Below, piece by piece: positions 54,378-64,000 of a stretch of 64,000 nt of DNA. The notes beneath the pieces are model-generated. The model saw only the letters and a list, made by a program, of their open reading frames with translations, was not told the origin of the DNA and searched no databases. Origin of the DNA: Octopus sinensis (lineage: Eukaryota); assembly GCF_006345805.1 (NCBI RefSeq), contig NC_043007.1, positions 43,090,001 through 43,154,000 on the forward strand. Reading direction: 5' to 3'. Numbering within the stretch: position 1 is the stretch's first letter; every line of letters begins with the position of its first letter. The position numbers and the translations under genes were made by a program.

Positions 54378-55895
54378 TTCAGATTTCATTAATTTAACTT
54401 TTTAGCATTTGAACCAACCATATCCAGCCTAAATATTCTACTTGTTTTATATTCAAACTGGCTTGATCTGGCCTCTCACACTTATACTACAATATCACTA
54501 AAAATACTGAATGACATCTTTCGAATCTCAAAAGTATGAGGTTAGGTATGATTAATTCAAAACAATGTGAATAAATATGCATTATATTTGACAAAATAAT
54601 CTGAATGCTAAAGGGTTAAAATTACAGTGAAAAATAATTGGGCTTAAATCTCAGTGTGATGTGGTTTACATTGTTTGGGTGGATGCTCTCTTGTCAGTTA
54701 GATGGGTCAGAACTAAGACTACCCATTTACACAACATCAACAAAAATTTGAATTTTAAATAATTACATAAGTTTATGTTACAGGTGCAGGCTTGACTCTA
54801 TGTTTAAGAATCTTGCTTTTCAACCCTATGGTCATGGGTTCAGTCCCACTGTGTAGCACCTTGAGCAAGTGTCTTCTACTATAGCCCTGAGCTGATTAAA
54901 GCCTTTGAGTGGATTTGGTAGATGGAAACTTAAAGAAATTCATAATTTGTTTATATACATATACATACGTGTGTATGTGTGTGTGTGTTATGTTTAACCT
55001 CACCACCACCATTACTTGACAACTGGTGCTGGTTTGCTTACATCCCCATAACAGCAGTTCAGCAAAAGAGACTGACAGAATAAATATCAGGTTTAAAAAA
55101 GAGGACTAGGGTCAATTTGTTCGACTAAGCCCTTCAAGGTAATGCCCCATAATAGCCACAGTCCAGTGACTGAAAGAAGTAGAAGATAAATGATAAACGA
55201 TAAAAAAGAAGCTAAAAGTTTTGGAGTTCAGTATAACTTGCATACGCATCCGTTTGCACTAAATGACACTCTTTACATAGTTTGTATTCGTTTAACTATC
55301 ATCATCATTAAGAGATTGCTGTTAAAAGGCATGGTGAATTTATCAAAACAAAACAAAACAATTACACAAACAAAAGTAATAAATTTTTTAAAAAGTAGAC
55401 AACTAATACACTGTTTGTACAGCTATCCAAAATACAAAGAACTAGTTAAGACTTTTGTAATATACAAAGACATGAATGTTTTCATAACTTCAACACTAGA
55501 GAAAAACAAGGGCAGAAAAGTACGTGGTGTAAGATAGTGACAGATAGAATAACATATTACTTCAGTTATTCTTTTGATCATGTAATTATCTTTTTCAGCC
55601 AAGTATAGGGTAGATTATATATCCACACTAACTTGAGACCTTGTAAAAAGTGAGAATTTGGTGCTCTTTAGCTGAAAGAAAGAATAAGGCCAGATAGGTT
55701 AACAGATTAAGCTATCACCACACCTGAATTGAAAAGCACAATGATAGTCATATAATAGTCATGCCAGTTTAGTGAAAGAGGAGATACCGTGAATGATATC
55801 ACTGTTGAAATAACTTGCATTTTCCAACTGTTGACTTTATCAACAAATCTTGCTAACTTCTAAATTACTGATGGGTTGTATGTAAAAAACATTTT

Positions 55896-56559
55896 TTAAC
55901 ACTTTAGCATTCACATTACTTTATCAAGTGTAATGCTTATTTCTTCCCATTGTTTTGAATTAATCAGGCATTATCTTGTAGCTTCAAGATTGGGAGGATA
56001 TGATGTTTATTTTTAAAATGATATTGTAACTGTAAGCAACTAGATATGGCCATTTTAACATAAAATAGGTAGAATACTTGGGCCAGTTATGGCATATGTA
56101 AATAACACTCTTTAACCCTTTCATTACTGTATTTCTTTTCAGATGCTCTTATTTTCTTTCAATTAATTTTAAATATAACAAAGAATTTAGTAAAATAATT
56201 TAGCTATCATTCAGCTATTGTTAGGAACATAGACTGTAATGAAGGTTTGGTGGAAGATTTTAATTCAAAACTTATGAAAACAAGACATTTGTACTACAGA
56301 GCCAGAGGCGGTTTCAGCTGGGTTGGTATCGAAAGGGTTAACCCTTTAGCATTCAGATTACTCTCTGTCAAGTGTAATGCTTATTTATTCACATTGTTTT
56401 GAATTAATCATACTTTAATCTTGTAGCTTCTAGATTTTGATAACATGATGTTTGTTTTTAGAATGACATTATAGGTGTAAGAGGCCAGATCTGGTCTTTT
56501 TAATATAAAACAGGTAGAATATGGACAAGATATGACCAGTTTAGATGCTGAAGAATTAA
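55896..56559. mobile_element. Three adjacent ~220-bp piggyBac-like MITEs (family A, B, A) joined at TTAA
   Basis: TTAA|CCCTTT...AAAGGG|TTAA termini with TTAA junctions at 55896, 56112, 56338 and 56556; the first copy has decayed ends. Confidence 0.8.
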
Positions 56560-56868
56560 ATTCAGCATATTTTTGGATGACATTGTGATGTCTATCTTTT
56601 AACTGTTTAACTTTTAAAAAACTAATTAGCATAATAAAATTTTTTTAAATAAAAAATATATTGCTATTTAATTACATATACACAATAATTAAATTAATTT
56701 CAAATTTATTACATCAAAACATCAAGATGTACCTATATAACAAGAACTCTAACCCTCTGAATATTATAATCTTTTTTCTTAAGCTTTTATAAATTCTAAA
56801 TATTTTCTTTCTCTACAATACTTTATAAACTTCTAGTGACTTTAATGAAAAAGAAATGTAACAATACC

Positions 56869-57104
56869 TATTTCTTTACTACCCACAAGGGGCTAAACAC
56901 AGAGAGGACGAACAAGGACAGACACACGGATTAAGTCGATTATATCGACCCCAGTGCGTAACTGGTACTTATTTAATCAACCTCGAAAGGATGAAAGGCA
57001 AAGTCGACCTCGGCGGAACTTCAACTCAGAACGTAACGGCAGACGAAATACCGCTAAGTATTTTGCCTGGCGTGCTAACGTTTCTGCCAGCTCGCCGCCT
57101 ATAT
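56869..57104 (-). mobile_element. Young SINE with a 17-bp target-site duplication
   Basis: CpG-rich copy of the aggcggcgagctggcagaaacgttagc...ctttgcctttcatcc family. Flanked by the direct repeat agaaatgtaacaatacc at 56852-56868 and 57105-57121. Confidence 0.9.
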
Positions 57105-58033
57105 AGAAATGTAACAATACCATCTTCACTCAAGCCTCTTATTCTCAACATCAGAAAAGCCAATGCCCTTTTTACCCTCTTTAATGTAGTTTCAAAGAAC
57201 AATGATGTGACACAGAATTTTAAAAAATAAGCATGGAACCAAATCTAAACAAAAGAATGAAAAATGATTCTCTGTCTTCTCTCTATCTGTTTTATGGGTC
57301 AAACTTCAAAAACTCCTCATGTTGTCCACCCAACATCACCTTATTATTATATATAAACAGTGCCCTGGCACTTACTGGTATTCCTTTGGAATGCCATTCT
57401 AAATTAAGCCCATCAATCATCTTCTATAGCTACATAACAGCAGTGAACCCAGAAGATCTCAAAATAAAAAAGAGTTGGAACATTTAAAGTATTGTTATCC
57501 TCAAAGCTTCTCCAGATAATGTCTGTGTAAATAAATGTACATACATGAACAATATTTCAACTACAAGATACAAATTTTGATGAACTTATTTTTCACCATA
57601 AAAATCAACAAATATAGAAAAGTATTTTAAAAGTTGATATGTTGATTTAACTAGTAAAAATACAGTTGTCTAACTTTCTAAACTGACTGCTTGAAAACTG
57701 GTAAAACATGAAATTAATAGTCACAATCTCTGTAATTTCAGCTTAAGGTAATACCTAAGTATATTTGATTAAATATAAATAGACTAAATATCATCATCAA
57801 AGTGAACATTTAGCACCCACTTTTTCATTCTTGCATAGATTAGATAAGGTTCAGAGAGGCAGATTCTTTATGACCAGATGCACTTCCTCTCACCAACCCT
57901 AACCTGTTTCCAAGCAAAGTAATATTTCCCAGTGGCCAGACGTTTTTGCAGAAAATTGGAAGTGAATGACACCATTTTTATAACAATGACACTTATTTAC
58001 AATTATCATACAAAGTCAATACACACAGGCACG

Positions 58034-58072
<39 letters not shown>

Positions 58073-59093
58073 CTTCCCTTACAATATTAGTGACATTTTG
58101 TAATAAAGTAGAAAATAATTATTATTATCAACTGCAGTAAACTTCTAATTAAATATTGGGTTCAAATTCTGACACAAGGCCAGCAGTTCTGGGGTAGGGC
58201 AAGTCAATTACATTGACCTCAGTGCATGACTGGTACTTATTTTTATCAACACTGAAAGAATGAAAGGCAAAGGTGACCTCAACAGAATTGGAATTCAGAA
58301 TGCAACTAAGCATTTTGCCCAGTGTGCGAATGAGTTTGCCAGCTTGCTGCTTTAACTTCTAATTAAGTATCAATTTCTAGCATTAATACAAGGTCACATA
58401 CTCTGGGAGAAAATATAGACAATCAACCCTTGGAATGATTATAGCTAAGTTTATTTCAACAGGACTTGAACTCAGAACACAAAGGGCCATACCTGGAAGC
58501 CATTTTGCCTGATACTCTAATGATTTTGTCACTCCATCTATTCAAATAATGTTAAAAACAGAGAAAGGGCAGCAAGTTAGCAGAATTGCTTTGTAGCATT
58601 TTGTCTGTCTTTATAATGAGTTCAAATTCTGCTTTGCCTTACATCATTTTGTGATCAATAAAATAAGTACCAGCTGAGGACTGGGATTGATCTAATTGAC
58701 TTAGCCCCTTCTTCGAAATATCTGGCCTTGTACCAAAATTTGAAAGCAATATTGATTTCAAATTTTGGCACAAGGCCAGCAATTTGGCAGGAGAGATAAG
58801 TCAATTACATCAATCCTAGTCCTTGACTGATATTTATTTTATTAACCATGAAAAGATGAAAGGCAAAGTTGACCTCAGCAGAATTTGAACTCAGATTCTA
58901 AAGACAGACAAAATGCTGCAAAGCATGTTGCTTGGCATGCTATCAAAAGTCAACCTCAGCAGAACTTGAACTCAGAATGTAAAAATGGACAAAATGCCAC
59001 TAAGCATTTTGCCTGGTATGCTAACAATTCTGCCAGCTCGCTGCCTTAAAAATTTGAAACCAATACTATAAACAAAGAATATTATCCTCTCAC

Positions 59094-59446
59094 CTGTAGT
59101 GCTGACAAATTGCCCAAAAGAGCTCTTTGAAGGTAAATTTGCTCCTGCAAGTACTGTGGTGTAAGGTAGATGTCATTTCCGTCAGCCATTCCAGAATGCA
59201 CAGTTACACTAACATTGAGGATCTGTGCTGCCACATCAGTGTCATCCTGCACATTGATGACAAGAATATTTTTCTCGTCAGTGTGAAGAACAGTGGCCAA
59301 AGCGTTGATGAAGAAGTTATAGAGGGGTGACAAGAATGCTTCAGATGTCATGTTGTTTAGTCGAATTGTTATGCTGTGCCTCAGAATCTCATCTGTCACT
59401 AAACGTACATAGAGGTGACAAACAGCTTTTGCTTCATTCAGTCCAT
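59094..59446 (-). CDS. CELSR: Flamingo/CELSR exon: end of last cadherin repeat and flamingo box
   Basis: Translates (D)GLNEAKAVCHLYVRLVTDEILRHSITIRLNNMTSEAFLSPLYNFFINALATVL...VQDDTDV...LNVSV...YLQEQIYLQRALLGNLSALQ, matching CELSR/flamingo. Acceptor ttttttacag, donor CAG|gtgag; 353 bp, phase 1 to 0. Confidence 0.93.
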
Positions 59447-60190
59447 CTGTAAAAAAAAGATAAAAAGAAAGAAAAATGGTTAGCCTTAGATTTCATCAAA
59501 TCAGAGCAAAACATTTTTGTAGAGAATATTGGCAAATATTATAAAAAGATAAACAGGATACTGCTGAAGGATATTAATGAAACTTTGAAGCAAATGAATG
59601 TCTTCTTGACTGTTAAATGAGAGTGCAACTTTAAAATCAGGCAAACATTTTTTGGAGCCTTAGAAAATCTGACCATGGGATTGCACCTAGAAAGTTCCCC
59701 TACAAAGTACAAGTCCGGGCAAGGTTGTTTGTAGAAGATCAACAGTCACCTATGCAAACCAACCCAAAACTCAACCAACCACACACCCTGATCACCACCA
59801 TCTTTTTCTCTCCTTTTCCAGCTGGGGCAGCCATGTATCTAGTCTACAGCAAGAGACTTATTTCTATCCCTCTATCATACACTCAAAATCTGGTTTAAAG
59901 CCATCTCCCACAATACTACACTCCTTCTCAGTCATGAAATCTAATATTGCAAGCTATTAGGTGACTTGATCAGTATTGGTGATGTAAAAAAGGACTCAGT
60001 ACAGTCTGTAAAGTGGTTGGTATTAGAGAGAGCACCTAGCTGAAACCATACCAAACAAACATTGGAGCTCAATGCAGTCCTGCAGCACTCTGGATTTTGT
60101 CAGACCAACCAACCCATGCCAGCATGGAAAATAGACACTAAATGATGATGATAATGTTAATGATGATGATGATGATATGTCTGCATATAA

Positions 60191-60222
<32 letters not shown>

Positions 60223-63200
60223 ACACGCATATTTATATACTGTCCAACCCATGCCAGCAGGAAACATAAGCATTAAATGAATATTCCATCTTTGTATCTT
60301 AGAAAGAAAAGTCATGGTTGTTTCTAGAAGCTGAAGTTAGTGGTTACTAACAGACAGTCATTGTTGTTATCTTCAGCAAAAAAAATATTACACAGAATCA
60401 CTGAATCCTAATTTGAAATTATTTGCCTACATACTCCTGTATCTGTGGAGTTAACAAAGGTGATAAATGATTATTTTGAGTTTTAAAATGATTAATAGGC
60501 AACAGTGATAACAGTAACATTTCCAACATGTTTTCATACCATTGTTACAATAAAGTAAAATCTACAAAATTCATTTGTTTTAAAGGCAGCAGGGAAAGAA
60601 ACAAGAAACTAGACAACATAGAAGTTTTTTCTAAGTTATTGCAAGGAAACTGTTTATTTTGAAAAATAAATAAATAAAATAAACTTCAAAGTGTTAGGGA
60701 GAAGAATGAAATATTCAGCAGCCGTACAGATCACTAGAGGTGGGAGTTCATATAGGAAATAATGGAAGGAAAACAAATATGAAAAGTGAAGATGTATTAA
60801 GAAGTAAATCCAACTTAATCCTCCAGCTTTGGGGATTTGGAACAGTGTTTAAATTTGATGATAAATTGAGTTGTGAAGATTAAAGTAGCAAGAATGTCTG
60901 ATGCTGTACACAAAAGGATTGCCCTAATTCTGAGAAAAATCACCTTTATTCATCTATTTGTTTATTGTTATAGCTAAGAGTTAAAAAGGTTTTACTTTTA
61001 TCATTTGATTTTTACAAAATACTTTTTTAAAAAAAGCCAAAAAGACATGGTGACATTTTCTTTTTATAAGATATTTAAAAAATAATGAAAATATTTCATT
61101 GAAACCATATACAAAATGACTGGATTTTAAACTGAATAATGTTAACAACAGAATAATGTTAACAAAAAAATACAGCTGCTATTGACTTGACTCTAAGCCA
61201 ATTAAAGGTAAAGCTAAAGATATCTCGACTTCTTAAATATTATTTCATTTTGTTAGCTTGGCTAAGGTAAAAGCTATCTGATAACTCTCCATAATGATAA
61301 TTTTTTAATAGATTCGTGCTAAATGCATAAAAATTAGGCTAAGAGTTTGCCTGTGACAGCAATAGTAATAGTGTTGCTGTTAAGAACCTAAGTCAGCCTT
61401 GATCTGGCAGATCTAAGATCAAAGGCATTTCAGCCAAGAACAACCCATTTTCCTCATAAACATTAACAGTACATCTAGGTAAGGCCACATCATTCAGTGT
61501 GCACTTCCTTTTTCCAAGATGGTATGGTAAGGTCTGGGGGAGTTTGGCTCCTGTTTCTAGTAGGTTGAGTGACTTCATTAAGACTTTTTGCCTTGACTTA
61601 AGAAAAATAATATTGGTGCAGTTGATGATATTCAGTTGGACTAAATGCTTGTTTAGTGCATCACAATTCTCCAGGTCCACTTTCAAATTTATCTATCACA
61701 CCCTATCTCACAGGTGGGTCCGCTGTCAGAGTTAAAATGACATATTTGCTACAGAAAAGTAACCATTACAAAGTGAAATCAGAAAAGTGAAGGGTTAAAA
61801 ATAGCAGGTGAAGAGGATAACTGAAAGGCTGCAAGGGCAGAATGGTAATAAAAAAGAAAGAACTAAATGAGATAACAATATAGTGAAAGCTAGGAAAATT
61901 CAGAGGAAACCAAAGGAGATATAATTTTTTAAAAATATGCGCGTGCACGCACACATAGAAATGGAAATGTGAGAAGAAAAATTGTAGGAAAAAACACTGA
62001 GCATGTCACATAAGATCAAAAGCTTTCCAGAAACAATCATTTGATCATATTTTCTTTTCTCAGATATAGTACAGTGTCTAGGACGATATTACCCAATATG
62101 TTTATTTATTTTAAGACAATAACGTTTGATTTGAGGGAAATTTAGTTGCTTTTCTAAGAAGGCCAAGCAACTGTATAAAGGCTGTCACACTTGTTTGAGC
62201 ATACAGAAGACAGAGAAATTATAAGTCTAAGATATATACCAGATGTGTAGTGTGAAGCTAAGAGGTTGTATAATAATAAGAATAGGTAGTATGAATGTGA
62301 AATAAAAACTGTGTAACACCATATGTGTGATCCTCACTCTTAAGTGGAGGATTTAATTCAGATAAAAACTTATATAATTTAAAAGTTCTATTATAATTCC
62401 ATTTGTAGGGATATATTATAGGAATACTAAATTGACTGAAGTAATGCATTGGTATTTTACCTACCCTGGAAGAATGAAAGGCAAAGTTGACCACAGCAGG
62501 GTTTGAACTCAGAATTTAAGAGTCATAACTTTAGGCAATTTGTCCAATACTGTAATTATTCTTCAAATCTACCACATTAACTAAAGAAATACTATGAGTT
62601 TATTGACTTGATTAAATTTTTTTTATGAAATTACTGTTTTGGTTATCACATGATTATTTTTAGGCAAGTAATGAAATATGGTCAAAGGTATCAAGTATGA
62701 AAAGACCATGACTATATTAATTGTTCTTTATCTCCTAGTTAGCTCTGATTGAGTAGACCTACTATCTCATCTTTATGTATAACAGGGATTTCATTGTTTT
62801 AATGTTTCATTCCTTTTCTTCAAAATTGGTACGGTATGATTTTGAGGGATTTGGCTACTATTTCTAGTGCATCAAGTGATCATGTACAAATTTCCTTAAC
62901 TCAGTGTGTGTGTGTGTGTATTTATGCAAGTGTGTATATTTGTGGCTCATGTGTGAGCACACATGCACATGCAATTTCTTTCATCTCTTAAGTTAACTAT
63001 ATATGAAATGGAAATAAGGCTCACAAAATAAATAAATGAATAAATAAACTTCGCTGACTCACTTCAGCAATCAAAAAGCACTTAAGTAAAAATAAGTAAA
63101 AATTAAAGGTATTTAACATTTCTGTTAGATGTGTGGCTGCAGTAGCTATTATTGTTCCAATGATGGTAATGGTGGCAGTGGCAGCAGTGGTGGTGGCAGT

Positions 63201-63612
63201 AGAGGTGATGATGATGATCTATATTTCAGCCCTTCTTTTTTAACTTCCTTCCTAACACCATTACAACCACAAAAATACAAAACAACTTATGAATAAGTGA
63301 AATAACTATGAGAGGCTAATCAAAACAATTTTATAGATTTAAATGCATAAGGTTGTCAGATGATTTGCAACTCCTTGCTCTATAATTTAGTAGATATTCT
63401 CATTATGTCTCTGTTGGCTAATTTCACATCTTCTAAATAATTTTTTCCCTTTTATTCCCTTACTGGTTTCAGTCACTGGACAGTGGGTATGCTGAGGTAC
63501 TACCTTAAAAGATTATCACACAGATCCTAGCACTTATTTCAACTTATTTTACTTTATCGATCTCTAATTAGCAATTGTGAAATTAACTTTTGTTATAAAG
63601 GGTGACAACGCA

Positions 63613-63643
<31 letters not shown>

Positions 63644-64000
63644 TGACAGTGATCTTTTACTCAGCTTCTCTTTTACTCTTTTACTTGTTTCAGTCATTTG
63701 ACTGTGGCCATGCTGGAGCACCGCCTTTAGTCGAGCAAATCGACCCCATAACTTATTCTTTGTAAGCCTAGTACTTATTCTATCGGTCTCTTAAGCCGAA
63801 CTGCTAAGTTACAGGACGTAAACACACCACCATCGGTTGTCAAGCAATGTTGGGGGGGACAAACACAGACACACAAACATATACATACACATACATATAT
63901 ATACATATATACGACGGGCTTCTTTCAGTTTCTGTCTACCAAATCCACTCACAAGGCTTGCCCAAGGTGCTACGCAGTGGGAATGAACCTGGAACCATGT

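Overview
AT-rich, microsatellite- and repeat-dense animal genomic DNA. The repeat families look like those of coleoid cephalopods, probably Octopus (inferred from recalled SINE/LINE sequences, not searched). The window is mostly intron of a minus-strand flamingo/CELSR adhesion-GPCR gene. Four coding exons (59446-59094, 41657-41483, 39611-39486, 28189-27955) have GT-AG sites and splice in frame, encoding the end of the last cadherin repeat, the flamingo box, three EGF-like repeats and the start of LamG1. The introns hold a decayed Ty3/Gypsy element, a DD37D Tc1/mariner, a mariner remnant, a Tigger/pogo fragment, RTE-type LINE pieces, many tRNA-derived SINEs, TTAA-flanked piggyBac-like MITEs and a tRNA-Arg(ACG) gene or pseudogene. 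The most notable unexplained signal is a set of unrelated foldback (palindromic) elements carrying minimal hammerhead-ribozyme motifs of the Penelope/retrozyme type; one is also fused to a tRNA-like Pol III head. Most listed ORFs are microsatellite or repeat artefacts.
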